Below the pieces are notes generated by a model, which worked only from the letters and a program-made list of their open reading frames with translations, searched no databases and had not been told where the DNA came from. A program made the position numbers and the translations under genes. This document shows, piece after piece, positions 29,635-40,986 of a stretch of 64,000 nt of DNA (positions are counted from its first letter, which is position 1; every line of letters begins with the position of its first letter). Source of the DNA: Desulfobacterales bacterium (lineage in GTDB: Bacteria; Desulfobacterota; Desulfobacteria; Desulfobacterales; UBA2174); assembly GCA_963668645.2 (NCBI GenBank), contig CAXXWC010000019.1, positions 160,001-224,000 on the forward strand, written 5' to 3'.

Positions 29635-32600
29635 TCACTCAGGCGAATCCGCCCCGGCCGGATGGGCCCCTTTCAGCCCGTGGCCGTGGGCAAACTCCCA
29701 GCGCTTGTCCAGAAAGTAGAGGATCGGCACGGTCATGCGCGAAAAGAGCAGCGAAGCGACCTCGCCGGCCATCAGGGAGATGGCCAGCCCCTGGAAGATG
29801 GGATCGAAGAGGATCACCGAGGCGCCCACCACTACCGCCGCCGCCGTGAGCACCATGGGCCGGAAACGCACCGCCCCGGCATCGATCACGGCCTGATCCA
29901 GGGCCATCCCCTCGGCCAGGCGCAGCTCGATGAAATCGACCAGGATGATCGAATTGCGCACCACGATCCCGGCCCCGGCGATGAACCCGATCATGCTCGT
30001 AGCGGTGAAAAAGGCCCCCATGGCCCAGTGGGCCGGCAGGATGCCGATCAGCGAAAAGGGGATCGCGACCATGATGGTCAGGGGGGTGGAAAACGACTGG
30101 AACCAGCCCACCACCAGAACGAAGATCAGCACCAGCACGACGGCAAAGGCGATCCCCAGGTCGCGGAAAACCTCGTAGGTGATGTGCCATTCCCCGTCCC
30201 ATTTCATGGCAAAATGCCGGTCGCTGTCCGGCAGGGCCGCGGTGTGCTGTTCGAGCCGGTAGCCTTCGGGCAGGGCCAGGGCCTCGATCTTTTTTTGCAT
30301 TTCGAGAATGGCGTAGACCGGACTCTCCTTGGCTCCGGCCACGTCCCCGACCACATAAACCACCGGCATGAGGTTCTTGTGATAGATGCTGCGGTCGTTT
30401 TCGGTGCGCCGGAATTGCACCAGGCTGGCCAAAGGCACGCTGTTGCCGCCGGCTCCGACCACCGGAACGGCCCCCAGCCGTTCGAGCCCGGCCCGGTCAG
30501 CCAGGGCCGGCTGCAAAACGATCTCCAGGTCCTCCTTTTCGAAAGGCTGGTGCACCAACCCCACCGGCCGGCCGGAAAGAGCGGTGCGCAGGGCCTGGGC
30601 CACCTGGACGGTGGCGATCCCGCTCAAGGCGGCCTTTTCCTTGTCGATCTGCACCACGTAGCGGGTCTGGGCCTCCTCCATGAACCAGTCCACATCCACC
30701 ACCCCTTCGGTCTGCTCGAAAATGCGGCGGATCTCAAGGGCGATCTCGCGCTGGCGCGTGTAGTCCGGCCCGTAGACCTCGGCCACCAGGGTCGAGAGCA
30801 CCGGGGGGCCGGGCGGCACCTCGGCCACCTTGATGCGGGCCCCGTGACGCCGGGCGATCGCCTCCAGGGGCGGGCGCACCCGCTTGGCGATGGCGTGGCT
30901 CTGGTGGGCGCGGCGCCCCTTGGGGGCCAGGTTTACCTGGATATCGGCCAGGTTCGGCCCACGGCGCAGAAAATAGTGGCGCACCAGCCCGTTGAAGTTG
31001 AAAGGACCCGCGGTGCCGGCATGGATCTGGTAGTCGACCACCTCGTTGACCGTGGCCAGATAGTGCCCCATCTCCATGCAGACACCTGTGGTCTGTTCCA
31101 GGGTGGCCCCCTCGGGCATGTCCACGATCACCTGAAACTCGCTCTTGTTGTCAAAGGGGAGCATCTTGACCCTGACCAGGCCCAGGCCTACCAAAGTGCA
31201 GGCCGCCAGCAGCATCCCCACCACCAGCACCAGAAAACCGGTGCGCGCCACCGGCCTGTGCAGCAACGGCCCCATCACCCGCCGGTAGAGGCGCGTGGCC
31301 CAGTCCTCGCGCTGTTCGTGCCCCCCATGGCCGCCGCCGTGGTCCCGGACCAGGCGCACCGAAGCCCAGGGGGTCACAATGAAGGCCACGATCATGGAAA
31401 AGATCATGGCCGCCGAAGCCCCCACCGGAATCGGGCGCATGTAGGGGCCCATCAGCCCGCCCACGAAGGCCATGGGCAGGATGGCGGCGATGACCGTCAT
31501 GGTGGCCAGGATGGTGGGGTTGCCCACCTCGTCCACCGCCTCGATGGCCACCTCGATCCGGGGGCGGCCCTCATTCTGGGGAAGCCGGTAGTGGCGCACC
31601 ACGTTTTCCACCACCACGATGGCGTCGTCGACCAGGATCCCGATGGAAAAGATCAGGGCAAAGAGGGTGATGCGATTCAGGGTGTACCCGTAGACGTAAA
31701 AAACGGCCAGGGTCAGGGCCAGGGTCACGGGGATGGCCAGGGCCACCACCCCCGACTCGCGGTGGCCCAGGGTGAACCAGATCAGGATGGTAACCGAGAC
31801 CACCGCGATCAGCATGTGAAAGAGCAGCTCGTCACTCTTTTCCTTGGCCGTTTCCCCGTAGTGGCGCGTGACGGTGAGGTGGACGTCGCCGGGGATCAGG
31901 CTGCCCCGCACCTCGTGCACCCGTTCCAGAACCCGTTCGGCCACGGAGATGGCGTTGGTCCCCTTGCGCTTGGCCACGGTGAGGGTCACGGCGGGAAAAA
32001 CCCCGGCCGCTCCTGCCTTGAGCCCTTGCAGGTTCTGGACCTCGGCCGCCGGGCCGGTGCCGAAAAAGACGTACTGCGAAGGCTCGGCCGGGCCGTCCAC
32101 GATCCGGGCCACGTCGCGCAGGTAGACCGGCCGGCCCCCGGAGACATGGACCACCACCCGGCCCACGTCCTGCGCATCCTGCAAGAAGCCGCCCACCTGC
32201 ACCAGGATCTCACCCTGCGGGGACGGGAAACCGCCCGCGTCCGCGGCCATGTTGGCCGCGCAGAGCATATCGGCCACCCGGGCCGCATCCAGGCCCACGC
32301 CGGCCAGGCGCAACGGATCGAACAGCACCCGCACCTGACGCCGCTGGCCGCCGATCAGCGAAGTGAGCGAGACGTTTGGTTCGCGCTTGACGATGTCCTC
32401 GACTTCGGCCGCCACCCGCCGCAGGGTATAGTGGTCCTCAGCCTCGCTCCAGAAGGTCAGGGCCAATATCGGCACGTCGTCGATATAGCGCGGCTTGATC
32501 AGCGGGGGGCTGACGTTGCACGGGATCCGGTCGGCGTTGGCCATGAGCTTGGACTGCAGCCGGACGATGGACTGCTCCTCGGGCTGCCCCACGTAAAAGC

Positions 32601-32901
32601 GCACCACCACCATGGCCATCCCCGGACTGGAAGTGGAATAGACGTATTCCACCCCGGGAATTTCCCAGAGCAGCTTTTCCATCGGGCGGGTGACCCGCTG
32701 TTCCACCTCGGCGGCGCTGGCCCCGGGCATGGTCACGAAGACGTCGATCATCGGCACGATAATCTGCGGCTCTTCTTCCCGGGGCAGGGCCGCCACGGCG
32801 GCCATGCCGAGCAGGATGGCGGCCACCACGATAAGGGGGGTAAGCTTGGAATCGATGAAAGCCCGCGCCAGCTTTCCGGCCGTACCCAACTTCTGACTCA
32901 T
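29635..32901 (-). CDS. RND efflux permease
   Basis: [37 protein letters not shown] overlaps MFP stop. Confidence 0.93.
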   Translation of the reverse strand: MSQKLGTAGKLARAFIDSKLTPLIVVAAILLGMAAVAALPREEEPQIIVPMIDVFVTMPGASAAEVEQRVTRPMEKLLWEIPGVEYVYSTSSPGMAMVVVRFYVGQPEEQSIVRLQSKLMANADRIPCNVSPPLIKPRYIDDVPILALTFWSEAEDHYTLRRVAAEVEDIVKREPNVSLTSLIGGQRRQVRVLFDPLRLAGVGLDAARVADMLCAANMAADAGGFPSPQGEILVQVGGFLQDAQDVGRVVVHVSGGRPVYLRDVARIVDGPAEPSQYVFFGTGPAAEVQNLQGLKAGAAGVFPAVTLTVAKRKGTNAISVAERVLERVHEVRGSLIPGDVHLTVTRHYGETAKEKSDELLFHMLIAVVSVTILIWFTLGHRESGVVALAIPVTLALTLAVFYVYGYTLNRITLFALIFSIGILVDDAIVVVENVVRHYRLPQNEGRPRIEVAIEAVDEVGNPTILATMTVIAAILPMAFVGGLMGPYMRPIPVGASAAMIFSMIVAFIVTPWASVRLVRDHGGGHGGHEQREDWATRLYRRVMGPLLHRPVARTGFLVLVVGMLLAACTLVGLGLVRVKMLPFDNKSEFQVIVDMPEGATLEQTTGVCMEMGHYLATVNEVVDYQIHAGTAGPFNFNGLVRHYFLRRGPNLADIQVNLAPKGRRAHQSHAIAKRVRPPLEAIARRHGARIKVAEVPPGPPVLSTLVAEVYGPDYTRQREIALEIRRIFEQTEGVVDVDWFMEEAQTRYVVQIDKEKAALSGIATVQVAQALRTALSGRPVGLVHQPFEKEDLEIVLQPALADRAGLERLGAVPVVGAGGNSVPLASLVQFRRTENDRSIYHKNLMPVVYVVGDVAGAKESPVYAILEMQKKIEALALPEGYRLEQHTAALPDSDRHFAMKWDGEWHITYEVFRDLGIAFAVVLVLIFVLVVGWFQSFSTPLTIMVAIPFSLIGILPAHWAMGAFFTATSMIGFIAGAGIVVRNSIILVDFIELRLAEGMALDQAVIDAGAVRFRPMVLTAAAVVVGASVILFDPIFQGLAISLMAGEVASLLFSRMTVPILYFLDKRWEFAHGHGLKGAHPAGADSPE

Positions 32902-34061
32902 GAGGCCTCCCGGATGCGGCATCCGTCCACCAGGTCAGACCCCGGGGCGGTCACGTAACGCTCGCCGTCGCTCAGTCCCGAAAGGATCTCCACCCGCCCC
33001 TCGGCCACCCGGCCGGTGCGCACCAGGCTGAAGTGGGCCGTGTCTTCGGCCCCGACCTTGAAGATGCCGGTCAACTGCCCCTGGTGCACCAGGGCCTGCT
33101 CGGGCACGCGCAGGATCGTCGTGCTGCCCACCGGTACCCAGACCCGCGCAAAGAGTCCGCTGCGCAACCCGTCCATGTCCGGCAGGCCCACCTTGACCAG
33201 GATGGTGCGTGTGGCGCTGTCGGCCGCCGGCATGATGGTTTCCACCGTCCCCGTGACCTGCTCCGGCCCGATGGCGGGCAGAACCACCGCGAGGGCTTGC
33301 CCTCCGGAAACCGCCCCAAGCCGGCTCTCGGGCAGGGTCAGGTCCACCCGATACCCCTCACGGGCCTCGATGGTCAGCAGGGGCCGGCCCGGAGCGGCCA
33401 GGTCCCCGGGTTCCACCAAACGGGCGGTGATCAGGCCGTCGAAAGGGGCCCGCAGTTCGGTGTCGGCCTGGGTGGCGCCGGCTGCCCGCAGGGCTGCACG
33501 GGCCTGGGCGACCTGCTGGTCGGCCGCTTCCAGCATCGCTTCGGCCTGGGCCAGAGCCGTATCGGCCGCTTCGGCGCGGGTGCGCACCTCGTCGATCTCC
33601 TGGGCGCTGACCGCCTCTCCCACCGCCAGGCGGCGAAAGCGGGCCAGGGTTGCCCGGGCCATCTCGGCCTGGACCCGGGCCCCGTTCCGGGCCGCCTCTG
33701 CCGCGGCGCGGGCCTTGAGCGCCGCCTCCACCCCGGCCCTGGCCTGATCGAAACCGGCATCGATCTGGGTCCGGGACAGGCTCACCAGCACGGCGTCACG
33801 GGCCACGTACCGGTTTTCCACGGCGTTGACCGACACCACCGTGCCCATCACCTTGGCCGCCAGGGTGCTCACCTGGCGGGCGCGCACCGTGCCTACAGCT
33901 TCGTAAAGGTCCGCCCGGGGTTCGATTCTGGCCACATCTGTGCTGGCCGTGACCGTTGCCGGCGCACCGGCCGGGGTGGTGCCCGGTGCGATCTTGTCGC
34001 CGCAGCCGGCCGCCAAAAGGGCCAGACCGGCCAGGAGAAGAAAGATCATTGGATGCCGCAT
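32898..34061 (-). CDS. RND membrane-fusion (periplasmic adaptor) lipoprotein
   Basis: LAAGC lipobox, coiled hairpin, LRAPFDG, VEILSGL. Confidence 0.9.
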   Translation of the reverse strand: MRHPMIFLLLAGLALLAAGCGDKIAPGTTPAGAPATVTASTDVARIEPRADLYEAVGTVRARQVSTLAAKVMGTVVSVNAVENRYVARDAVLVSLSRTQIDAGFDQARAGVEAALKARAAAEAARNGARVQAEMARATLARFRRLAVGEAVSAQEIDEVRTRAEAADTALAQAEAMLEAADQQVAQARAALRAAGATQADTELRAPFDGLITARLVEPGDLAAPGRPLLTIEAREGYRVDLTLPESRLGAVSGGQALAVVLPAIGPEQVTGTVETIMPAADSATRTILVKVGLPDMDGLRSGLFARVWVPVGSTTILRVPEQALVHQGQLTGIFKVGAEDTAHFSLVRTGRVAEGRVEILSGLSDGERYVTAPGSDLVDGCRIREAS

Positions 34062-34110
34062 GGAAGGTTCCTCTGGAATTTAAATGGCTGAAACAACCGG
34101 TGATGTCCGT

Positions 34111-35466
34111 TCAGTTATCGAGATCCTCGCTGATACGCCCGGCCGCCAGCAGCAGCCGCACCCGCGCGGTGCGGTAGTCGTGCACGGCCCGGAGCCGCTG
34201 CAAACGGGCCTGCTCCAGGGCTGTTTCGGCATCCAGCAGGTGGACCACGGTGAGCAGTCCGTTGCGGTAGCGCTGGGAGACGATGGCCAGGTTCTCTTCG
34301 GCCTGTTCCACTGCGGCCGCGGCCACGGCGATGCGCCGCCAGGCACTGCCGGCCTCCAGGCAGGCCTGGCGGGTCTCGACGCGGATACCGGTCTCCAACT
34401 CGCGCCGCTGGGCCTCGACCTCGCCCAGCAGCGCCCGGGCTTCACGGGTGCGGGCCACGTCACGGTAGCCGGAAAAGAGGTTCAACTCCACCATGGCCCC
34501 CAGGGTATAATTCTCCCCGCTCCCCTTGAACTTCTCACTGTCGATTTCATAGTCGCCGAAAAGGCTGAAACTCGGATGATGGGCCGCCCGGCTTTTGTCA
34601 AGTTCGGCTTGGGCGATGGCCTCCCGGCCGGCCAGGGCCCCCAGCTCCGGCCTGGCTGCCAGGGCCTCGGCCACCCACTCCTCCATGGAACGCTCCGGTC
34701 CCCGGCCCGGGGCCAGGGATTCGGCCGGCGCAAAAACCGACGCCGGCGCTTCCCCCATGGCGGCATTCAGATGAGCCGCAGCGATTTGCGCCTGGCTCTC
34801 GGCGCTGAGCAGCCGCTGATCGAGTTCGGCCCTGCGCACCCGGGCGCGCAACAAATCGCTCTTGACCACGAATCCGGCCTCGTAGCGTTCGCCGATCATC
34901 TCCAGGTGGGCCTGGGCCAGGGACAGAGCCTGCTCGATGGTCCGTCGCACCGCCAGGGCCAGCAGCCATCCGTCGTAAGCCGTGGCGGCATCCGCCATGG
35001 CCTGCTGGCGGGTGCGCAGCCCCATCTGCTCGGTCACCGCGGCTCCTTGCCGGGCCTGGTCCAGCCCGTAGCGGGTCCGCCCGCTGTCGTAGACGGACCA
35101 GCGGGCCGATAGAACGCTGGCAAAGTTGTCGATGGGATCCGGGTCGTTGAGAAGGTCCGGATCGAAATCCGAAGACGTGATGCGTTCCTGGTTGAGGCGG
35201 GTACCGAAGGCCCACATGGGGTTGGTGGTGGTGGAGAAGCGTTCGCTGAAAGAAAGCTGGGGCCAGAATCCGGAACGGGCCTGGGTGATACGCTCCCGGG
35301 CCGCCTCCCGGCGCTTGTCGGCCGCCTCCACCCGCGGATGTTGGTGTACGGCTCGGAGCACCGCTTCGGCCCGGGTCAGCGGAGGAATTCCGCCGGCCCA
35401 AGCGCCGGGAACCGCCGCTACAACGGCGCAGATCAAAAACAGACAGGAAAAGGGCAGGCAGCGCAT
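34111..35466 (-). CDS. TolC-family outer-membrane channel
   Basis: Signal peptide, ERYEAG/QRYRNG repeats, position in RND operon. Confidence 0.88.
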   Translation of the reverse strand: MRCLPFSCLFLICAVVAAVPGAWAGGIPPLTRAEAVLRAVHQHPRVEAADKRREAARERITQARSGFWPQLSFSERFSTTTNPMWAFGTRLNQERITSSDFDPDLLNDPDPIDNFASVLSARWSVYDSGRTRYGLDQARQGAAVTEQMGLRTRQQAMADAATAYDGWLLALAVRRTIEQALSLAQAHLEMIGERYEAGFVVKSDLLRARVRRAELDQRLLSAESQAQIAAAHLNAAMGEAPASVFAPAESLAPGRGPERSMEEWVAEALAARPELGALAGREAIAQAELDKSRAAHHPSFSLFGDYEIDSEKFKGSGENYTLGAMVELNLFSGYRDVARTREARALLGEVEAQRRELETGIRVETRQACLEAGSAWRRIAVAAAAVEQAEENLAIVSQRYRNGLLTVVHLLDAETALEQARLQRLRAVHDYRTARVRLLLAAGRISEDLDN

Positions 35467-35621
35467 GCTTGCGGGGGCCTCCTTTGGTCTTGGGCCGCAG
35501 CGTACAACCAAGTACTAGCAGGATAGGTTACCGCGGCCGATTCGGCAAAACCCGCCGGTGGTCACAGATGCGAAAGCCGATGAAAAACAAGCCGTTGCAA
35601 CAGACTGGAATTAAGCCGGTA

Positions 35622-36197
35622 TCAGGCGGTGATCTTCTTCAGCAGCCAGGCCATGTTTTCTCCCAGAGTCTTCATGGCCGCCAGGCCCTCCGCGTCGTTT
35701 TCCACCTCGCCTTTCTCCCGGCCGAACCCCATGTTCCAGTAGGTCGAGCCGGGAACGATCATCTCGTTGATGGTGAAAAAATGATTGATCGAATCGAAGG
35801 TGTGCACCGCCCCGGCCCGCCGCGCGGCCACCACCGCGGCCCCGGCCTTGCGCTTGAGCATCATGCCGTTGGCCCGCGAAACCATCCCCGCCCGATCGAT
35901 GAGGGCCTTGATTTCCGGGGTCATGCAGGCGAAGTAGGTCGGCGAGCCGAGGATGATCCCGTCGGCTGCCACCATTCGATCGATGCACTCGTTGAGCATA
36001 TCCTTGTCCACCGAGCAGTGGCAGTCCTTGTTTTCGAAGCACTTGTAGCAGGCGATGCAGCCGTGAATCGACTTTCCGCCCACTTGGATCGTTTCAGTTT
36101 CAATGCCCTGGTTTTCGAGCACATCCAGAACATTACGGATCAAAAGCGAAGTGTTGCCGCCTTTTCTAGGGCTTCCGTTGAACGCGACGACTTTCAT
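35622..36197 (-). CDS. Iron-sulfur flavoprotein (flavodoxin family)
   Basis: NGSPRKGGNT, CIACYKC..C, GSPTYF, KALIDR. Confidence 0.9.
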   Translation of the reverse strand: MKVVAFNGSPRKGGNTSLLIRNVLDVLENQGIETETIQVGGKSIHGCIACYKCFENKDCHCSVDKDMLNECIDRMVAADGIILGSPTYFACMTPEIKALIDRAGMVSRANGMMLKRKAGAAVVAARRAGAVHTFDSINHFFTINEMIVPGSTYWNMGFGREKGEVENDAEGLAAMKTLGENMAWLLKKITA

Positions 36198-36537
36198 GAC
36201 GCTTGGTTCTCCTTTCAGGGTTATCGGAAATGGCACTCCCCCTTTTAAATATCGTGCTATATAAGCACACCTCAGGCGCCTTTGCAAACCTTCAGAGTCC
36301 ACCATAAATCTTTACGCCTGCAGCCGGGTGGGCGGCTTGACCTGTACCGGCGGTTTTGCTATGCATTTTTATATCATTTTATAATCACAACTGAAAGGAG
36401 CGATGCACTGCACCCCAGCGCCCCCATTCCCAGGAAAACGGAGGGGGGATTTTTTCCCGAGGGTAAGCAATGAGGTTGCTCGCTTTCAGTACACCCGTGT
36501 AATTGTAAATTATTACCGATAATCTGATTGGTTCTCA

Positions 36538-37674
36538 ATGAAAAAAAAACAAAAAGAAAACATTATTATTTCCTTTCTTAAGGGAAAAGAGCGTTATAAA
36601 AAACTCGCAGAATATTTTATAAAACTTATTGAGAACGATCCTTCTTATCCCAAGGAGAGCCTTCACACAATAACTTTTCGGATTAAAAATGAATCGAGGC
36701 TTATTGAAAAAATTGAAAAGTACAATTCCGGTCTTGAGGATAATAAAAATGCCATCAGCGAAAAAGACTATCAATCAAGGATCAGTGACATACTGGGGCT
36801 TAGAATTATCTGCCTGCGTCTCTCGGACATAGCTATAATCAAATCCTATTTGGCCTTTTTTAAAGAAGAACAAATCCTGGATTTTATAAGTGGACCGGAT
36901 CCGAAAAGGTCATTCGTTCTTCCGATCAACCATGAAAAGTCCCTGCCCGACGGCGTTAATTTAGCCTATAGTGGATATTCATCAATACATTACATCATGA
37001 AGTTGGGAGACCGCGCCGAAGCCCATGCAGACTTGAAAGAGCTTACATTTGAACTCCAACTTAGAACTATACTCGAGGAGGCATGGGGTGAAATTGATCA
37101 CAAATACAGATATACTTATAGTAGAGTTGGGGTCACCCTACCCGAACACATACATGCAGGCTTTTACAATTTGAGCGCCTACCTGCAAGTTGCGGCACTT
37201 CAAGCCGAATATCTATGCCGTATGACAGAGACATACCGGAGTAGGAAAACAGATGAAAAGGCAGCACGGATTCAATTGGCGCAAAATGCGGATTTATCCG
37301 GCACGAAAAATAGCCAGGTTTCAACCGATATCGAGTTGGCAGAAATTGGCAAATTCCTGGATAACACCCTGAAAGTCAAGCTTTCGTCCAGAACATTGAA
37401 TTACATCGAAAAACGGATCAAAGAGATCAATTCTAAAGGAGAAAATTACAAACCACTCTATAAAATGCTAACAAAAAATAGAATATCATTATTCAAAAAG
37501 ATATTTAAAAACAGCATCGCCGAGAAACCATTTGAAAATGAATACAATAAAAATATCGATGTGATTAATTTGATCAATTTTTGCATATTTTATGAATTTG
37601 AAGGCAAGAGAATTGCCCAGGAAGGGTTAAGTACTGTTTTGAAATGGAGAAAAAAACGTTTAAGCAGTCAATGA
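36538..37674 (+). CDS. RelA/SpoT-domain small alarmone synthetase-like nucleotidyltransferase with C-terminal extension
   Basis: RIK..K, DILGLR, GYSSIHY, ELQLRT..WGEIDH; strongly AT-rich. Confidence 0.85.
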   Translation: MKKKQKENIIISFLKGKERYKKLAEYFIKLIENDPSYPKESLHTITFRIKNESRLIEKIEKYNSGLEDNKNAISEKDYQSRISDILGLRIICLRLSDIAIIKSYLAFFKEEQILDFISGPDPKRSFVLPINHEKSLPDGVNLAYSGYSSIHYIMKLGDRAEAHADLKELTFELQLRTILEEAWGEIDHKYRYTYSRVGVTLPEHIHAGFYNLSAYLQVAALQAEYLCRMTETYRSRKTDEKAARIQLAQNADLSGTKNSQVSTDIELAEIGKFLDNTLKVKLSSRTLNYIEKRIKEINSKGENYKPLYKMLTKNRISLFKKIFKNSIAEKPFENEYNKNIDVINLINFCIFYEFEGKRIAQEGLSTVLKWRKKRLSSQ

Positions 37675-37718
37675 CTCAGGTTGTGCAAGAATCTAAAACC
37701 CATCTCATCCATTGAAAA

Positions 37719-37865
37719 TGGTCATATATGCTCATTGGTTAAATGTGACCAGGTTTCCACGAGTTATTTTTTTGCCCCGCCAGCCGTCTCAAAGCTTGTT
37801 TCATTTGTAAATCAACACGATGCAGTATAAAAATCCAATGGTCAAGATTTGGCATAAAATTTGAT
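37719..37865 (+). promoter_or_regulatory. Candidate sigma54 promoter with tandem-palindrome enhancer (copy 1)
   Basis: TGGTCATATATGCTCA-T-TGGTTAAATGTGACCA at 37719-37751; TGGCATAAAATTTGAT at 37850-37865. Confidence 0.65.
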
Positions 37866-38014
37866 TCATAGAACCCCCATAGGGGTTACCTTTCCTTACC
37901 AGAAAGACTTACGCCAAAGTGATGCGACCGCACGTTCACGGTCAAACAAGAAAATTAAATCGGCATAGACCAGAAGGCTTAAGTTAAGGTTGGCACTTCA
38001 TGGAGGTTACCATA

Positions 38015-38347
38015 ATGATTGTCATTAAAATCACCATGAACGTAATTCCAGGAAAACAACTGGAAATGATGCAAACCCTTATCTCCATGATCGAGCCGAC
38101 GGCAAAGGAGACGGGGTGCATAAGCTTCTGCGTTTTTTGCGATATCAAAGACAAAAACCGTTTCTGCCTGATAGAGGAGTGGAAAAGTCGCGAATACCTG
38201 GACCACCATATAGCGTCTCATCAATTCAGCGTTTTATTGGGAACAAAAGCGCTCTTATCCGAACCTTTGGAAACTCAAATTTTCACGATATCTCATTCAG
38301 AGGGAATGGATGCCATTCGTACGATTAGAAATAATATTAGGAGGTAA
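38015..38347 (+). CDS. Antibiotic-biosynthesis/quinol monooxygenase (ABM)-like protein
   Basis: GGAGG RBS; ETGCISF..EEWKSREYLDHH..F. Confidence 0.8.
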   Translation: MIVIKITMNVIPGKQLEMMQTLISMIEPTAKETGCISFCVFCDIKDKNRFCLIEEWKSREYLDHHIASHQFSVLLGTKALLSEPLETQIFTISHSEGMDAIRTIRNNIRR

Positions 38348-38350
38348 GTT

Positions 38351-39394
38351 ATGCCGGAATGGAGTCAACCCCCGCAGGAATCGATACCGACGCTAAAGGA
38401 CCTGCTGGAAAAAATTCAACAACAGTTTAAAAAGATTAAAGGCGTTCCAATCCTCATTCTCGTCGCCGGCATTGTGGTGGTGGTCTTATGGACCGCATGG
38501 TTCACCGTCCAACCTGAAGAAACCGGCATTGTTCAACGCTTCGGCAAGGTCATGCGCACGGCCGGACCGGGGCTGCATTTCAAATTGCCTTATGGCATCG
38601 AAAAGGTCCAGCTGCTGCCCACAGCTCGCGTGCTCAAAGAGGAATTCGGTTTTCGAACGGTGTCTACCGTTCCCGGGGAAAAGACCCGCTATGATACGGG
38701 CAGTACTTACAAGGACGAGTCGCTGATGCTTACCGGAGATCTGAATGTCATCGATGTCCAATGGATCATACAGTACCGGATCGAAGATCCAATCCGCTAC
38801 CTGTTTCAGGTTCGCGATACATCGAAAACGATCCGCGACACCACCGAGGCGGTCATGCGCCGGGCGGTCGGCAACCGCCTGGGCAGCGATGTGCTGACCA
38901 CCGGGCGGGTAGCGGTGGCCAGCGAAGCCAAAACCGAAATTCAGAAAATCCTGACATCCTACGAGTCCGGCGTGCGTCTGGTTACGGTGGAGCTGCAGGA
39001 CGTAACCCCGCCGGATACGGTTAAACCGGCTTTCAATGAAGTCAACGAATCGCGCCAGGACAAAGAACAAACGATCAATAAAGCCCAGGAGCAGGCCAAC
39101 CGTGAAATCCCCAAAGCCCGGGGCGTGGCGGCGCAAAGCATCAGCAAGGCCGAAGGTTACGCACTGGAACGTATAAACCGGGCCCAAGGGGAGGCCACCC
39201 GGTTCGAGGCCATTTTAGGCCAATACCAGCAGGCGCCCCAGGTAACCCGCCGGCGCCTGTACCTGGAGGCCATGACCGGTTTTCTATCTGACATGAAAGG
39301 GCTTTATATCGTAGATCAGGACCAAAAGGCGATGGTGCCCTGGCTCCCATTGGATTCCGCTAAGCAACCATCAGCCCAGGGGAGGCAGCCATGA
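38351..39394 (+). CDS. hflK: FtsH modulator HflK
   Basis: SPFH domain, MLTGDLN, VKPAFNEV, APQVTRRRLYLE. Confidence 0.92.
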   Translation: MPEWSQPPQESIPTLKDLLEKIQQQFKKIKGVPILILVAGIVVVVLWTAWFTVQPEETGIVQRFGKVMRTAGPGLHFKLPYGIEKVQLLPTARVLKEEFGFRTVSTVPGEKTRYDTGSTYKDESLMLTGDLNVIDVQWIIQYRIEDPIRYLFQVRDTSKTIRDTTEAVMRRAVGNRLGSDVLTTGRVAVASEAKTEIQKILTSYESGVRLVTVELQDVTPPDTVKPAFNEVNESRQDKEQTINKAQEQANREIPKARGVAAQSISKAEGYALERINRAQGEATRFEAILGQYQQAPQVTRRRLYLEAMTGFLSDMKGLYIVDQDQKAMVPWLPLDSAKQPSAQGRQP

Positions 39395-40374
39395 AACTTC
39401 ACTTGAAGTCCGTAATCCTTGCGATGGCAGTGGTAATCGTTATCGTACTCCAAAGTGGCCTCTACTCGTTGGAAGAGGGTATGCAGGCGATTGTGGTGCA
39501 GTTTGGCCGGCCTGTCGGGGAACCGGTAACCGAGGCGGGACTGCACATGAAACTGCCCTTTGTGCAGGAAGTCCGGCGATTCGAAAAGCGCCTGCTGGTC
39601 TGGGACGGTGATCCGAACCAGGTTCCCACCAAGGGACGAGAGTTCATTTGGGTGGATACCACCGCCAGATGGCGGATTGCCGATGCCAAAAAATTCTTGG
39701 AGAATGTGGCCAGCGAAGAAGGAGCCCAATCGCGCCTGAACGATATTCTCGATTCGGTGGTGCGCGACCAGGTGTCGAGCAGCGAACTCGTGGAACTCGT
39801 GCGCAGCGCCTCGTGGGAAGCGCCCAAGGATGAAGCGCTGAAGGAGATCCCGAAGGAACGTGAAGAGGAGCTTAAAAGGGAGATTGCCCGCGGCAGGGAG
39901 GAAATCACCCGAACGATCCTCACCGAGGCCCAGAAGATCATTCCACAATACGGCATCGAGCTGGTGGATCTGCGCATTAAACGCCTTGATTACGTGGAAA
40001 GCGTTCGCGAAAAAGTCTATGATCGCATGATTTCCGAGCGCAAGCGCATCGCCGCCCAGTTCCGCTCCGAAGGCGAGGGACGCAGTGCCGAGATCCTTGG
40101 CACAATGGAAAAAGAGCTGCGCCAGATCCGCTCGACCGCTTACCGCCGGGTGCAGGAGGTCCAAGGCCAAGCCGACGCCGAGGCTACACAGATCTATGGC
40201 CAAGCGTACAATAAAAATCCGGAATTCTACGCCTTTTTGCGCACCCTTGAAAGCTACAAGGAAAATACCAATCCAAACTCCGTATTGATTCTCACCACGG
40301 ACAGCGATTTCTATCGATATATCAAGCAGGCGAGTCCCGAAGAAGCTCAGGGGCGGCCCGTGCCTGCCCGTTGA
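39391..40374 (+). CDS. hflC: FtsH modulator HflC
   Basis: QFGRPV, RMISER..FRSEG, PEFYAFLRTLESY. Confidence 0.92.
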   Translation: MKLHLKSVILAMAVVIVIVLQSGLYSLEEGMQAIVVQFGRPVGEPVTEAGLHMKLPFVQEVRRFEKRLLVWDGDPNQVPTKGREFIWVDTTARWRIADAKKFLENVASEEGAQSRLNDILDSVVRDQVSSSELVELVRSASWEAPKDEALKEIPKEREEELKREIARGREEITRTILTEAQKIIPQYGIELVDLRIKRLDYVESVREKVYDRMISERKRIAAQFRSEGEGRSAEILGTMEKELRQIRSTAYRRVQEVQGQADAEATQIYGQAYNKNPEFYAFLRTLESYKENTNPNSVLILTTDSDFYRYIKQASPEEAQGRPVPAR

Positions 40375-40446
40375 CCTTATCCGACACATTTAAAGAACGA
40401 ACAGCCCGGGAAAATACAGACAACATCAACCAGCGAGGAGTGATTC

Positions 40447-40797
40447 ATGAAACAGGAAACCGAAAGTAAAATCAAGTATGGCATCTGGGGGCTTGTATGT
40501 GGAGCCGTTATCTCAATGATCATTGGTTTCGGATGGGGGGGGTGGTCAACAGCATCGGCGACTCAAAAGGTGACCGAAAACGCAATTCTGGAAAGTCAAA
40601 CGGCGATCTGTGTCGCCCAATTCGTGGCGGACCCCGCCCACGCAGAAAAACTTGCGAAACTGAAAGAAATCGACAGCTGGAAAAGGTATGAATTTATTGA
40701 AAAGGGTGGCTGGGATAAAATGCCCGGACAGGAGAAAGCAGGTTATGGTGTCGCCCGAGCCTGCACGGATGAGATTGAACTGCTGATTAAAGAGTAA
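40447..40797 (+). CDS. Hypothetical single-TM protein with Cys pair
   Basis: GAGGAG RBS; GAVISMIIGFGWGGW, C...C. Confidence 0.7.
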   Translation: MKQETESKIKYGIWGLVCGAVISMIIGFGWGGWSTASATQKVTENAILESQTAICVAQFVADPAHAEKLAKLKEIDSWKRYEFIEKGGWDKMPGQEKAGYGVARACTDEIELLIKE

Positions 40798-40986
40798 GAT
40801 GGGCAGTCAAAGGCAAATCCTACCCGATATCTGAGAATTGGTGGTCTCCTTTTCACGGATTCCGCCAATTCCGGATTCCGCGGGTTATTCCCGTTGACAA
40901 TATCAAAGGGAATAACCCGCGGGCCACAAGCCGTTACCATGCCGGTCTGATCGGCGCACCTGGACTCAAAACACAGGAAATCAGAA

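Noticed and set aside
29662..32958. 1098-aa plus-strand ORF (likewise the long antisense ORFs at 3679-5478 and 9469-11619)
   Set aside because: Shadow frames of well-supported GC-rich genes on the opposite strand; no recognisable motifs
36200..36540. att site or tRNA at the island boundary
   Set aside because: No tRNA fold, integrase or matching direct repeat seen within the window
40809..40870. AAGGCAAA resembling the start of a c-di-GMP-I riboswitch
   Set aside because: The GAAA tetraloop stem and GACGCAAA elements are missing
40894..40906. TTGACAATATCAA as an FNR box
   Set aside because: Spacer is 3 bp rather than 4, and it is explained as the top of a long hairpin
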